Origin: an uncultured Clostridium sp.
GTDB taxonomy: Bacteria; Bacillota; Clostridia; Clostridiales; Clostridiaceae
Assembly (NCBI RefSeq): GCF_910588715.1
Contig: NZ_CAJURG010000004.1
Coordinates: 60,627 to 124,626 of the forward strand
Reading direction: 5' to 3'
DNA: 64,000 nt
Shown here: positions 27,585-38,344 of the stretch, in pieces
How positions within the stretch are numbered: position 1 is the first letter of the stretch
Layout: each line of letters begins with the position of its first letter
The notes under the pieces: generated by a model
Told to the model about the DNA's origin: nothing
What the model saw: the letters and a program-made list of their open reading frames with translations, nothing else
The model's database searches: none
Made by a program: the position numbers and the translations under genes

Positions 27585-27951
27585 TGCTCTTTTCCTTTCC
27601 AAATTTTAAATTCCATTCTTTCTCATTTATTAAATACTTAATAAGATAACTTATTTTCCAATTAATAAATTGTTGTGTTACTACAGCTAATATTCCATCT
27701 TTAATGTTTTTTCTTGTATCTACCATTGCTTTTTTAACTTCTTCTTGTGATAAATTATTATATAGTATTATCTTTTCTTCAACCGGACAATTGTTAAATA
27801 TCTCAAATTTCAAACCAATTATAATATCTATTAATATCATTTCACACATTTCCGGAGTTATTTCTATTAACTTATATCCTAAATTTCTTAACCTTAAAAT
27901 CTCCAAACTAGATAATCCATATACTAAAATACACTTATTATTATCAAGCAT
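27577..27951 (-). CDS. Hypothetical 124-aa protein, translationally coupled to the XRE regulator
   Basis: ORF with an 8-nt overlap onto the downstream gene. No motif recognised with certainty. Confidence 0.6.
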   Translation of the reverse strand: MLDNNKCILVYGLSSLEILRLRNLGYKLIEITPEMCEMILIDIIIGLKFEIFNNCPVEEKIILYNNLSQEEVKKAMVDTRKNIKDGILAVVTQQFINWKISYLIKYLINEKEWNLKFGKEKSNE

Positions 27952-28065
27952 TATTGCTCACTCCAGTATACACATATAAATTTAATTTAAGGCTGTATTA
28001 AAAATAATTGTGAAATCACATTTATTTTAATACAGCCCTTAAAAGCTTAAACATTACTTGAAATA

Positions 28066-28590
28066 TTAGTCTTCTATTATTTCAGGTTCATCAAACTTTT
28101 CACCAAAAGTTTCTACAGTTACTTTTTTCATTACTTGATCTTCATATGGCTTATCACTATAATCTCTCTTAGTATTAACTATCTTTGTAGCAACATCTAA
28201 TCCTTCTATTAATTTACCAAATGAAGCATATTGACCATCTAAATGTGGTGCATCTTCAACCATTATAAAAAATTGGCTGCCTGCTGAATCTGGATGCATT
28301 GCTCTAGCCATAGATAAAACACCTTTTGTATGTTTTAAATTATTGGCAAATCCATTTCTTGAAAATTCACCTTTTATACTATATCCAGGACCTCCAATTC
28401 CCATTCCTTCTGGACATCCACCTTGGATCATAAATCCTGGGATAACTCTGTGGAATATTAAACCATCATAAAATCCTCTATTTATTAAATCAACAAAATT
28501 CTTAACAGTATTTGGAGCTATTTCTGGATATAACTCCGCTTTCATTACATCTCCGTTTTCCATTTCTATAGTTACTATAGGATTCTTCAT
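28066..28590 (-). CDS. ppiB: Peptidyl-prolyl cis-trans isomerase, cyclophilin type
   Basis: 174 aa. FHRVIPGFMIQGG, GxxSMA and SQFFI motifs. Confidence 0.95.
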   Translation of the reverse strand: MKNPIVTIEMENGDVMKAELYPEIAPNTVKNFVDLINRGFYDGLIFHRVIPGFMIQGGCPEGMGIGGPGYSIKGEFSRNGFANNLKHTKGVLSMARAMHPDSAGSQFFIMVEDAPHLDGQYASFGKLIEGLDVATKIVNTKRDYSDKPYEDQVMKKVTVETFGEKFDEPEIIED

Positions 28591-28705
28591 AAAATTACCT
28601 CACTTTCATTTTTTGGTATAATTTATTATTATCATATTTTTATATAGTAATTCAATCTTTTGAGTAAATTTTTTATTTTTTTAAACTAATTTAATAAAAG
28701 ACAAA

Positions 28706-28731
28706 GAAAAAAGCCTCGAAAAACGAAGCTA
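28706..28731 (-). terminator. Rho-independent terminator
   Basis: Minus strand AGCTTCG-ttttt-CGAGGCT followed by TTTTTTC. Confidence 0.6.
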
Positions 28732-28794
28732 ATAAATCATAGAATATAAATAAATATTTATTGAAATATATTATAAATCAATAAAAACTTTCAT

Positions 28795-29073
28795 TTATTG
28801 TTGAAATGCAGTTCCTAAAACTACTCTTGAATAGTCACTATAGTTTGACAAATTTTTAACATCAATTTGTTTAAAAATATAGTCTCGTCCAAATTTATTC
28901 ATTAAATCTGTAAATAAACATATTAAAAAGGTTGATGGAATTCTTTCTAAACCGTCAAAATCTAAAGTTACACCTGTATCTAAATTGTTTTTTACTATTT
29001 CTCTTAATAAAATAGCATCCTCTATTGAATAACTTTCTCCTAAAAATTCTTTTATTTTTATATTTATACTCAT
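28795..29073 (-). CDS. STAS-like small protein (DUF4325-like)
   Basis: 92 aa. The pattern ...VTLDFDGLERIPSTFLICLF... resembles DUF4325/STAS-like proteins. From memory only. Confidence 0.5.
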   Translation of the reverse strand: MSINIKIKEFLGESYSIEDAILLREIVKNNLDTGVTLDFDGLERIPSTFLICLFTDLMNKFGRDYIFKQIDVKNLSNYSDYSRVVLGTAFQQ

Positions 29074-29200
29074 ATTGTCCCCACGCTCCTTTTTGAATTT
29101 TCTGAAAATTCTTTCTATAATAATACTATATACTTTTGCTTAAATATTGTCAACTATTTAACAATATTTTTTTAAAATTTTCCTATTTTAGATATAAATA

Positions 29201-29227
29201 AAAAAACGCCCATTGGCGCTTTTTTTG
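29201..29227 (-). terminator. Putative terminator of murI
   Basis: AAAAAACGCC-catt-GGCGCTTTTTTT. Short GC stem with flanking A/T runs. Confidence 0.5.
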
Positions 29228-29228
29228 C

Positions 29229-30005
29229 TTATAGTTGCTGAATTAATTTTAAACTTAAATCAATAACCTTTTGATCATGTAATGAATTATATATAGTTAT
29301 GTTTCCTGTTTCTTCTCTATCACTTAATAAATCTTTTTCTTTTAATCTTCTTTTAATTTCCCTTGCTGTTCCTTCTCCACCATCTATTATTGCAACATCA
29401 TTTCCCATAATTTTTGATATAGCATCCTTAACAAAAGGATAATGAGTACAACCAAGGACTATAGAACTTATTTCTTCTTTATTATATAAAGATAATTTTT
29501 CTTCTAAGTAATCTTCTAATTCTTTTCCACTTAAAACTCCATTTTCAATAAACTCCATAAGACCTGCACATGGTATTGGAACTATCTCAGCCTTTTCTTT
29601 ATATTTATTAAGTAATAAATTAAACTTTTCTTGCTTTATAGTCATTGGTGTTGCCATTATTAATATTTTACCATTTTTATTTAGTTCTACTGCTGGCTTT
29701 ATGGCTGGTTCTATTCCAACAAGAGGCATATCAGGATATACTCTTCTTAATTCACTTACTGCTGCACTTGTTGCGGTATTACATGCAACAACTAGTCCCT
29801 TTATTCCCTTTTCCATCAAAAATTCAACTACATTAAATGTTAAATCTCTAATTTCATTTCTTTCCTTTACACCATATGGAGCATTTTTTGAATCTCCAAA
29901 ATATATATAATTTTCATTAGGCATTATCTTTATTGCTTCCCTCATTACACTTAAGCCCCCAACGCCTGAATCTAAAAAACCTATTGGTAAATCCTTTTTT
30001 TCCAA
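29229..30005 (-). CDS. murI: Glutamate racemase
   Basis: 258 aa. GFLDSGVGGLSV, VVACNTAT and LGCTHYP motifs (two catalytic Cys). Confidence 0.95.
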   Translation of the reverse strand: MEKKDLPIGFLDSGVGGLSVMREAIKIMPNENYIYFGDSKNAPYGVKERNEIRDLTFNVVEFLMEKGIKGLVVACNTATSAAVSELRRVYPDMPLVGIEPAIKPAVELNKNGKILIMATPMTIKQEKFNLLLNKYKEKAEIVPIPCAGLMEFIENGVLSGKELEDYLEEKLSLYNKEEISSIVLGCTHYPFVKDAISKIMGNDVAIIDGGEGTAREIKRRLKEKDLLSDREETGNITIYNSLHDQKVIDLSLKLIQQL

Positions 30006-30147
30006 GTCATCTCACTCCAATTTATATATTAATTAATTTTATTTTATACCTTAATTAAATGTAAATCTACTTTGATTTACTATAATATATAGATTATGGT
30101 CTATTTTTCTTTCAACAAAAAATTATCAATTATTACATATTAAAATA

Positions 30148-30180
30148 AAAAAGAGGGTGCAAAAAACATCCTCTTTTTTA
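30148..30180. terminator. Terminator downstream of carB
   Basis: AGAGGGTG-caaaaaa-CATCCTCT flanked by an A-run and a T-run. Confidence 0.7.
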
Positions 30181-30184
30181 TTAA

Positions 30185-33100
30185 TTAAATTTCACTTATA
30201 TCAAAAACTTCTAAATCTTTCTTATCAACTTTAGTTACCTTAACATCAGCAATCGCTCTTAAAGTGTCTAAAGCCGTAATAACTCCTATATTTCTTTCTA
30301 TAGCAGCTCTTCTAATTAAGAATCCATCTCTCTTAGAATCATTTCCCTTAGTTGGAGTATTAACAACTAAATCAACTTCTTTATTCTTAATAACATCTAA
30401 TATATTAGATGTTTCTTCATTTAATCTTCTTACTTCTTCAACATCAACCCCTGCTTCTCTTAGTAGTTTGCAAGTACCTTCTGTTGCTATAAATTTATAA
30501 CCTGCCTTAGCTAAATCTTTTGCTATTGGTAAAAACTCTGCCTTATCATGCTTATTTATTGTAGCTAATATTTTTCCTTTTTCCATTGAAGGATACATTC
30601 CACCACCAACAAATCCTTTATATAAAGCTTCCTTAACATTTCTTCCTACTCCTAAAACTTCTCCTGTAGATTTCATTTCAGGACCTAAAGATACTTCAAC
30701 CTTAGGTAATTTTTGAGTTGAAAATACTGGAACTTTAACTGATACTAGTTCTGGTTCTGGATAAACATCTATTCCATATCCTAAATCAATTAATTTTTCT
30801 CCAAGCATAACCTTTGTAGCTAAATCTACTATAGGAACTCCACTTACCTTACTAATATAAGGAACTGTTCTTGAAGCCCTTGGGTTAACTTCTATTACAT
30901 AAAGATTACCTTCAAATTCTATAAACTGAATATTTATCATACCTTTAATACCTATAGCTAAAGCTAATTTTTTAGTATAATCTAAAACTTTTGCTTTTAT
31001 TTCATTACTAATATTTTGACTTGGATACATTGTTACAGAATCTCCAGAGTGAACCCCTGCTCTTTCTAAATGCTCCATTATACCAGGTATTAAAATATTT
31101 TCTCCATCGGATATAGCATCTACTTCTATTTCTCTACCCATTAAATATTTATCTATAAGAATTGGATTCTTTTTGTCTTTCATAAAGGCATTTTTTAAAT
31201 AGTATGTTAACTCTTCTTCATCATGAGTTATTTCCATACCTTGACCACCTAAAACATAAGAAGGTCTAACAAGTACTGGGAACTTTAGTCTTCTTGCTTC
31301 TTCTATCCCCTCTTCTAAAGACCAAACTCCCTTTCCCTTTGGTCTTGCTATATCAAATTTTTCAAGCAATTCTTCAAATCTCTCTCTATCTTCAGCCATA
31401 TCAATTTGATCTGCTGTAGTTCCTAAAGTTTTAATTCCCTTTTCCTTTAAGAAGTTTGCAAGTTTGATTGCTGTTTGACCACCAAATTGAAGAATAACCC
31501 CATATGGTTTCTCTTTTTCAATTATGTTTAATACATCTTCTTCTGTTAATGGTTCAAAGTAAAGCTTATCTGATATATTAAAATCAGTACTTACAGTTTC
31601 AGGATTGTTATTAACTATTATAGTTTCAATTCCCATCTTTTTTAATGCCATTACACAATGAACTGAAGCATAATCAAACTCTATACCTTGTCCTATTCTT
31701 ATAGGTCCTGAACCTATTACTATTACCTTTTTCTTATCTGATACTTCAACTTCATCATATTGCTCATAAGTTGAATAATAATATGGAGATAAAGCTTCAA
31801 ATTCGCCTCCACAAGTATCAACCATTTTATAAGCTGGTCTTATATTCCAAATACTTCTTAATCTATAAATATCATCTGGATTAACCTTTAACATATCTGC
31901 TATTGCTTTATCTGAGAAGCCCTTTTTCTTAAGATTTAACAACCACTCTTTATCTAAATCATCTATTTTACTTAATTTTAATCTAGTTTCTTCGTGTACT
32001 ATCCATTTAAATTTTTCTAAGAAGAAAATATCTATTCCAGTGATTTTAGCTATACTTTCTATTCTATAATCTCTTCTTATCATTTCTGTAAGAGCAAATA
32101 ATCTTTCATCATCTGGCTTCATTACAGCTTCTTTTAATTCCTTTATACTCATTTCTTTAAACTTTGCATGGTCTAAAGAATATTTTCCTATTTCTAAACT
32201 TCTAATTCCCTTTAGTAAAGCAGATTCTAAATTAGCACCTATAGCCATTATTTCTCCAGTTGCCATCATTTTTGTACCTAAAGCTCTATCTGCTGTAAAG
32301 AACTTATCAAAAGGCCATTTTGGAATTTTAACTACTACATAATCTAATGTTGGTTCAAAACATGCATAAGTTTTTTGAGTTACTGCATTTTTAATTTCAT
32401 CTAATCCATATCCTAAAGCTATTTTTGCTGCAAGTTTTGCTATTGGATATCCTGTAGCTTTTGATGCTAAAGCTGATGACCTTGAAACTCTAGGATTAAT
32501 TTCTATAACTGCATATTCAAAAGAGTTTGGATTTAAAGCAAATTGTACATTACATCCACCTTCAATTCCTACTGCATTAATAATATTTATTGATGCACTT
32601 CTAAGCATTTGATATTCTTTATCTGATAAAGTTTGAGACGGTGCTACAACTATACTATCTCCAGTATGAATTCCTACTGGGTCAATGTTTTCCATATTAC
32701 ATACTGTTATACAATTTCCGTACGAGTCTCTCATTACTTCATACTCTATTTCTTTCCAACCCTTAACTGACTTTTCTAATAAAACTTGTCCTATAGTGCT
32801 TAATTGTAATCCAGATGCAAGAATAGTTCTTAACTCCTCTTCATTTTCAGCTATTCCTCCACCTGTTCCTCCTAATGTATAAGCAGGTCTTACTATAACT
32901 GGATAACCAATTTTATTTGCAAAAGCCATTCCTGTTTCCATATCTGTTACTATTTCAGACGTAATAACTGGCTCATTGATTCTGTGCATCATATCTCTAA
33001 ATAACTCTCTATCTTCACCTTCCTTGATAGAAGTTATCGACGTTCCTATAACTTTAACACCATACTTTTCTAATATTCCTGCATCATGTAAATCTACAGC

Positions 33101-33394
33101 TAAATTAAGACCAGTTTGCCCACCCATACCTGCAAGTAAACTATCAGGTCTTTCCTTTTTTATTACCTTTTCAACAAATTCTAATGTTAATGGTTCTATA
33201 TAAATTTTATCAGCAACTTCTCTATCAGTCATAATAGTAGCAGGATTAGAATTAACTAATACAACTTCTATTCCTTCTTCCTTCAATGCTTGACATGCTT
33301 GAGTTCCTGAATAATCAAACTCTGCAGCTTGACCAATAACTATTGGTCCTGATCCTATAACTAAAACTTTTTTAATATCTTTATTTAATGGCAT
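30185..33394 (-). CDS. carB: Carbamoyl-phosphate synthase large subunit
   Basis: 1069 aa with duplicated ATP-grasp halves ([19 protein letters not shown] and [17 protein letters not shown]) and a C-terminal MGS-like domain. Confidence 0.97.
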   Translation of the reverse strand: MPLNKDIKKVLVIGSGPIVIGQAAEFDYSGTQACQALKEEGIEVVLVNSNPATIMTDREVADKIYIEPLTLEFVEKVIKKERPDSLLAGMGGQTGLNLAVDLHDAGILEKYGVKVIGTSITSIKEGEDRELFRDMMHRINEPVITSEIVTDMETGMAFANKIGYPVIVRPAYTLGGTGGGIAENEEELRTILASGLQLSTIGQVLLEKSVKGWKEIEYEVMRDSYGNCITVCNMENIDPVGIHTGDSIVVAPSQTLSDKEYQMLRSASINIINAVGIEGGCNVQFALNPNSFEYAVIEINPRVSRSSALASKATGYPIAKLAAKIALGYGLDEIKNAVTQKTYACFEPTLDYVVVKIPKWPFDKFFTADRALGTKMMATGEIMAIGANLESALLKGIRSLEIGKYSLDHAKFKEMSIKELKEAVMKPDDERLFALTEMIRRDYRIESIAKITGIDIFFLEKFKWIVHEETRLKLSKIDDLDKEWLLNLKKKGFSDKAIADMLKVNPDDIYRLRSIWNIRPAYKMVDTCGGEFEALSPYYYSTYEQYDEVEVSDKKKVIVIGSGPIRIGQGIEFDYASVHCVMALKKMGIETIIVNNNPETVSTDFNISDKLYFEPLTEEDVLNIIEKEKPYGVILQFGGQTAIKLANFLKEKGIKTLGTTADQIDMAEDRERFEELLEKFDIARPKGKGVWSLEEGIEEARRLKFPVLVRPSYVLGGQGMEITHDEEELTYYLKNAFMKDKKNPILIDKYLMGREIEVDAISDGENILIPGIMEHLERAGVHSGDSVTMYPSQNISNEIKAKVLDYTKKLALAIGIKGMINIQFIEFEGNLYVIEVNPRASRTVPYISKVSGVPIVDLATKVMLGEKLIDLGYGIDVYPEPELVSVKVPVFSTQKLPKVEVSLGPEMKSTGEVLGVGRNVKEALYKGFVGGGMYPSMEKGKILATINKHDKAEFLPIAKDLAKAGYKFIATEGTCKLLREAGVDVEEVRRLNEETSNILDVIKNKEVDLVVNTPTKGNDSKRDGFLIRRAAIERNIGVITALDTLRAIADVKVTKVDKKDLEVFDISEI

Positions 33395-33407
33395 TTTTTA
33401 AACCCTC

Positions 33408-34457
33408 CTATAGTGCGTATTCCATAAATCTGTCAAATATATATTCACTATCCTTTGGACCTGCTGCGGCCTCTGGGTGGAATTGAACTGAATATATAGG
33501 TAAAGTAATATGTTTCATACCTTCTATTGTTCCATCATTTATATTTAAGTGTGTTGCTACAGTTCCTTCTGGTAACTCTTGAACTACATATCCATGATTT
33601 TGAGAAGTTATATGAACTTTATTTTTTTCTAAATCTTTTACTGGGTGATTACATCCTCGGTGTCCAAATTTTAGCTTAGTAGTTTTTCCACCTAAAGTTA
33701 ATGCCAATAATTGATGACCTAAACAAATACCAACTATCGGTTTAACTCCAACTATTCTTTTAATGTTTTCTATTACATTGCCTAAATCTTCTGGATCTCC
33801 AGGGCCATTTGATAAAAATACTAAATCAGGATTAACTGACAATACTTCTTCTGCACTAGCTGTCATTGGAAATACTGTTATCCTACAATTTCTCCTTTGG
33901 AAATTTCTAATTATATTAGTCTTTATTCCAAAATCTATTATTGCAACATGCTTACCTGTTCCTTCAATTGTATAAGTTTCTTTAGTTGAAACTATGCTAA
34001 CTGCATCCTTATTTGAAAAAGCTTCTAGCTTTTCTTCTACCTCTTCTAAGCTCTGACTCTCTAAAGAAATAATTCCTTTCATAGTTCCGTTATTTCTTAA
34101 AACCTTTGTTAAAGCTCTTGTGTCTATTCCTTCTAATCCAATTATTTTATTTTGTTTTAAATAATCTTCAAGTCCAATTTCGCATCTAAAGTTATTTGGG
34201 AAACTACATTTTTCCCTTACTATAAACCCTCTTACTTTTGGTTCTTCAGATTCATTATCTTCTAAATTTATTCCGTAATTTCCTATTAAAGGATATGTCA
34301 TAGTTACAATTTGTCCATAGTATGATGGGTCTGTTAATACCTCTTGATAACCAGTCATTCCAGTTGTAAATACAACTTCTCCTACGCTATCTTTTAAATA
34401 TCCAAATGCCTTACCTTCAAAAGTCATACCATTTTCTAATATAAGCCTTGCTTTCAT
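33408..34457 (-). CDS. carA: Carbamoyl-phosphate synthase small (glutaminase) subunit
   Basis: GICLGHQ catalytic Cys and the QFHPE motif. Start moved to ATG 34457 (GGGAGGG RBS 7 nt upstream). Confidence 0.95.
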   Translation of the reverse strand: MKARLILENGMTFEGKAFGYLKDSVGEVVFTTGMTGYQEVLTDPSYYGQIVTMTYPLIGNYGINLEDNESEEPKVRGFIVREKCSFPNNFRCEIGLEDYLKQNKIIGLEGIDTRALTKVLRNNGTMKGIISLESQSLEEVEEKLEAFSNKDAVSIVSTKETYTIEGTGKHVAIIDFGIKTNIIRNFQRRNCRITVFPMTASAEEVLSVNPDLVFLSNGPGDPEDLGNVIENIKRIVGVKPIVGICLGHQLLALTLGGKTTKLKFGHRGCNHPVKDLEKNKVHITSQNHGYVVQELPEGTVATHLNINDGTIEGMKHITLPIYSVQFHPEAAAGPKDSEYIFDRFMEYAL

Positions 34458-34564
34458 TCCTAGCCCTCCCAAAATTTATGTATATAACAGCTAAAAATAC
34501 ACTTTCTAAAAGCTCTTAAATTAAATATACTCTATAAAATTTATTAAATTCTTAATAAATTTAA

Positions 34565-34735
34565 CAGAAAAGGATAGCAAGGAGACATTTAACTATGTAA
34601 TCTCTCCATACTATCCTTATAATATTTTAATTTAACTTTAGAAAATTTCTTTGATAAATCGATGTAACTATTGCTATTTACGTATAACATACCTACATAC
34701 TCCTTTCTGGCCTCTCTGGACCAATTTAAAGTGTA
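34565..34735 (-). promoter_or_regulatory. PyrR-binding transcription attenuator in the carAB leader
   Basis: Minus strand GGUCCAGAGAGGCCAGAAAGGAG (34700-34722) matches the PyrR binding-loop consensus (UCCAGAGAGGC...AAGG). Downstream hairpin AAGGATAG..GGAGA...TCTCC..CTATCCTT plus TTTCTGTT (34569-34618) is the terminator. Confidence 0.75.
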
Positions 34736-34786
34736 CTTTTTAACTAATTAACTTATCTATATAATAATTTACTATCTTTGTATATT

Positions 34787-34815
34787 ATTCTATATTGCAT
34801 GCTAATTAATGTCAA
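34787..34815 (-). promoter_or_regulatory. Sigma-A-type promoter of the carAB leader
   Basis: Minus strand TTGACA (34810-34815), 17 nt spacer, TAGAAT (34787-34792). Confidence 0.6.
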
Positions 34816-34897
34816 TACTAAAATAGTTATATTACCCACTTTATGTATTAATATTCCTTTTAATAACTACATTTAAAAAATATAACTTGTTTTTTCA

Positions 34898-35674
34898 TTA
34901 CCTTAAATTATTTTTTAATACTATCTTTCTTGAAATACTTCTAGGTATTAATTTATTTCCCATAACTAACAATTTATTTTTAAATCCCGGAATTATTATA
35001 ACTTTTCCCTTATAAAAATCTTTATAACAAATTTTAGCTACTTCTTCTGCATCCATTAAATATTTCTTAGCTGATTTACTTTTTTTAATTCCAGCTTTAT
35101 CTTGAAAACTTGTTTTAACTGGACCGGGACAAAGACATGATATTTTTATTCCTGCTGCTTTATATTCTTCATAAATAGCCTCTGTCAAATTAAGAACATA
35201 AGCTTTTGAGGCATAATATGTAGCCATTCTAGGGCCTGAACAGAATGCTGCAGTAGAAGCAACATTTAAAATTCCACCTTCTTTTTCCTTTACTACTTTA
35301 GGTAAAAAATATTTTGTTAATTTAGTTAATGCTTTTATATTAATATCTATTAGTGCTTCTTCACTTTTCCATTCAATATTATTAAAGTCTCCAAACGTTC
35401 CTATACCAGCGTTATTTATTAAAATATTTATGTTTAACTTATTTGCTTCTATATAATTAAATAAGTCTTGAATATCTTCACTATTTTTTAAATCTAATGC
35501 TAATATTTTTATATCTATATTGAACTTTGATAATTCATTTTTTACATCTTGTAACTTAAGTATGTTTCTTGAAATTAAAATTAAATTACGTTTATCTTTT
35601 GCAAATAATTTCGCTAATTCATAACCTATTCCCATAGATGCACCAGTTATTAATGTATATCTTAAATTTTTCAA
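34898..35674 (-). CDS. SDR family oxidoreductase
   Basis: TGASMGIG cofactor motif, NNAG, and catalytic YYASKAYV (YxxxK). Confidence 0.9.
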   Translation of the reverse strand: MKNLRYTLITGASMGIGYELAKLFAKDKRNLILISRNILKLQDVKNELSKFNIDIKILALDLKNSEDIQDLFNYIEANKLNINILINNAGIGTFGDFNNIEWKSEEALIDINIKALTKLTKYFLPKVVKEKEGGILNVASTAAFCSGPRMATYYASKAYVLNLTEAIYEEYKAAGIKISCLCPGPVKTSFQDKAGIKKSKSAKKYLMDAEEVAKICYKDFYKGKVIIIPGFKNKLLVMGNKLIPRSISRKIVLKNNLR

Positions 35675-35812
35675 ATTGCTCCCTACCTCTCTTTTTATAT
35701 TTAATTATAAAATATTTTTAAAATAAAATTATATATTTTATTTTAAGAAAACCCTAAATTAAATAAAATTTAAAAAATATAAGACATTAAAATAACCTTA
35801 TAAAGTTACATT

Positions 35813-36409
35813 TTAATGTAACTTTATAAGGCATAAAAAGAAATCTTTAATTTGCGCTAATAATTCTCTTCTTTTATACTTTTTCATTCTATCATATTCT
35901 CTCATATCAGAGGCAATACCATATGCCTCAATACCTAACCTTCTTGCAATATATATAGCCCTAGGTAAATGATAACTATTAGTTGATATTATTGCAGTTT
36001 TTATATTAAATATATTTTTTGCTCTATACATACTATCAAATGTACAAAATCCATAATTATCAATAAGTAAGTCTTCTTCTCTAATATTTACGCTTGTATA
36101 ATTATTCATAATCCAATTTTTCATAACCTTAGGTTCATCATGGCTTTCTCCACTCTTATCTCCAGTTAATAAAATTGTTTTACTTATTCTTCTAACATAT
36201 ACTTTCGCTCCAGTATCTAATCTATCAGCTAATATATCACAAGGAGTCCCATCTGGTCTTATCCCAGCACCAAGTACAATTACCGTATCACAATTCTCTG
36301 GAAGGTCTTTCATTTCTAAAATATATTTCTGTCCATGTCTATCCATTACAACAAAAATCTCTAAAATAATTAACAGTACCATTAAACAAAAAATCAATAC
36401 ATATGCCAT
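35813..36409 (-). CDS. SanA/YdcF (DUF218) family membrane-anchored protein
   Basis: 198 aa with an N-terminal TM helix. VLGAGIRPDGTP and SNSYHLPRA motifs are typical of DUF218/SanA. Confidence 0.75.
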   Translation of the reverse strand: MAYVLIFCLMVLLIILEIFVVMDRHGQKYILEMKDLPENCDTVIVLGAGIRPDGTPCDILADRLDTGAKVYVRRISKTILLTGDKSGESHDEPKVMKNWIMNNYTSVNIREEDLLIDNYGFCTFDSMYRAKNIFNIKTAIISTNSYHLPRAIYIARRLGIEAYGIASDMREYDRMKKYKRRELLAQIKDFFLCLIKLH

Positions 36410-36478
36410 ATACTATTACTTCTCGACTATTTCTATTAATATATGGTATGTATTGACCTTTGTATTTGTACATTATTT

Positions 36479-36925
36479 TTATAATTCTATTTTCATTTTA
36501 ACGTGTGGTATATTAACCTCATCATATATATCTGATACCACCTTAAATCCTACACTTAAATACATTTCTTTTGCATATTCTTGAGCAGATAGAACAACTA
36601 CATTTTCATTTAAGTTATTTTTTATAAATTCAAGTGCTGATTTCATCATTTTTTGTGCTATACCTTTTCTTCTATATCCTTTAAGAACTAAAACTCTTCC
36701 TATTGAAATATTTTCATATGCAACTTTCTTAGGAACAATTCTACTATAAGCAATAATCCTTCCTTCATCTTTTAACATCACATGATAAGATACCTTGTCT
36801 TTATCATCAAAATCTTGTTCGTCTGTTATTTCTTGTTCACAAACAAAAACTTCAAATCTCGATTTTGCAATTTCATACATTTCATCAATTGTTAATTCAT
36901 TAAACATCTTTATTTCAAAGTACAT
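36479..36925 (-). CDS. GNAT family N-acetyltransferase (ElaA-like)
   Basis: RRKGIAQKMM acetyl-CoA-binding motif (R/Q-x-x-G-x-A/G). Start moved to ATG 36925 (GGGAG RBS). Confidence 0.85.
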   Translation of the reverse strand: MYFEIKMFNELTIDEMYEIAKSRFEVFVCEQEITDEQDFDDKDKVSYHVMLKDEGRIIAYSRIVPKKVAYENISIGRVLVLKGYRRKGIAQKMMKSALEFIKNNLNENVVVLSAQEYAKEMYLSVGFKVVSDIYDEVNIPHVKMKIEL

Positions 36926-37078
36926 AATATTTTCTCCCACTTGTAGTATAATTTTTTAATTTAAACATTCTATTTACTTCATTTATAATTGTAAATTAAA
37001 GCAACCAAATTACCAATTAGATAACTTCCACTAAATAAATCATAGATTTATGGTATCAGTTAAAATTTTGGCTTTCAC

Positions 37079-38323
37079 TTATCTTATTTGACCATTTCCA
37101 TAAATTATATATTTAATAGTAGTAAGTTCTTTAAGTCCCATTGGACCTCTTGCATGAAGCTTTTGAGTACTTATTCCTATTTCTGCTCCAAACCCAAACT
37201 CTTCTCCATCTGTAAATCTAGTTGAAGCATTTACATAAACAGCTGCTGCATCTACCTTTTGCATAAACTTTTGTGAATTTGCATAATCATTAGTCACTAT
37301 AGCTTCAGAATGCCCTGAACCAAAGTGATTAATAATGTTAATAGCTTCATCTATACTTTTAACTATCTTAACTCCAATTATATAATCTAAGTATTCATTA
37401 TACCACTCTTCATCTTTTGCTTTTATTATTGACGAATCATACAAAATTGAAGATTCATCTCCTCTAACCTCAACATCCTTTTCTTTTAATGCTTTTAAAA
37501 TTATAGGCATAAACTCTTTAGCTATGTTTTCATGTACTAATAACTTTTCTGCTGCATTACAAACTGATGGTCTTGAAGTTTTAGCATTTAAAACTATATC
37601 CTTAGCCATTTTTAAATCTGCATATTCATCAACGTATATATGACAATTTCCTGTTCCTGTTTCAATTACAGGTACAGTTGCATTTTTAACAACTGCTTGA
37701 ATAAGTCCTGCACCACCCCTTGGAATTAAAACATCTATATAATCTTTTAATTTCATCATTTCAGTTGCAACTTCTCTACTTGTATCTTCTATTAATTGAA
37801 TTGAATCTTCTGGTAAATTTACAGATTTAAGTCCTGCTCTTAAAATCTTAACTATAGCCTTATTGGAATTAATAGCTTCACTTCCCCCTCTTAAAATAAC
37901 TGCATTACCAGCCTTAAAGCAAAGCCCTGCTGCATCACTTGTTACATTTGGTCTAGCCTCATATATTATTCCTATAACCCCTAAAGGAACTCTCTTTTGT
38001 CCTATTTGTAGTCCATTTGGCCTAGTCCACATTCCTAAAACCTCACCAACTGGATCTGGAAGATTAGCTACTTGTATTAATCCATTTGCCATGCCTTCTA
38101 TTCTATCTTCATTTAAAGTTAATCTATCAAGCATAGATTTAGATGTACCTTTTTCTATTGCTATTTGTAAATCTATCTTATTAGCTTTAATAATTTTATC
38201 TTTATTATTAACTAAAAAGTCAGCCATTTTTTCTAAACCCTTATTTTTTTCACCTGTACTTAAATTTCCTAATATAAAAGAAACCTCTTTAGATTTTTTT
38301 CCCTTAACAATTAATTCACTCAT
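37079..38323 (-). CDS. proA: Glutamate-5-semialdehyde dehydrogenase
   Basis: 414 aa. ALDH-type catalytic region (SRPSVCNAAEKLLVH), directly downstream of proB. Confidence 0.95.
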   Translation of the reverse strand: MSELIVKGKKSKEVSFILGNLSTGEKNKGLEKMADFLVNNKDKIIKANKIDLQIAIEKGTSKSMLDRLTLNEDRIEGMANGLIQVANLPDPVGEVLGMWTRPNGLQIGQKRVPLGVIGIIYEARPNVTSDAAGLCFKAGNAVILRGGSEAINSNKAIVKILRAGLKSVNLPEDSIQLIEDTSREVATEMMKLKDYIDVLIPRGGAGLIQAVVKNATVPVIETGTGNCHIYVDEYADLKMAKDIVLNAKTSRPSVCNAAEKLLVHENIAKEFMPIILKALKEKDVEVRGDESSILYDSSIIKAKDEEWYNEYLDYIIGVKIVKSIDEAINIINHFGSGHSEAIVTNDYANSQKFMQKVDAAAVYVNASTRFTDGEEFGFGAEIGISTQKLHARGPMGLKELTTIKYIIYGNGQIR

Positions 38324-38344
38324 TTTATTGACCCCTCTCTATAC

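Noticed and set aside
27990-28060. Long hairpin GGCTGTATTAAAA...TTTTAATACAGCC with an inner TGTGAAATCACA palindrome, considered as a small RNA or operator
   Set aside because: It sits exactly downstream of ppiB on the minus strand, so it is most simply that gene's terminator. The U-tract is weak, so it was not listed as a confident feature.
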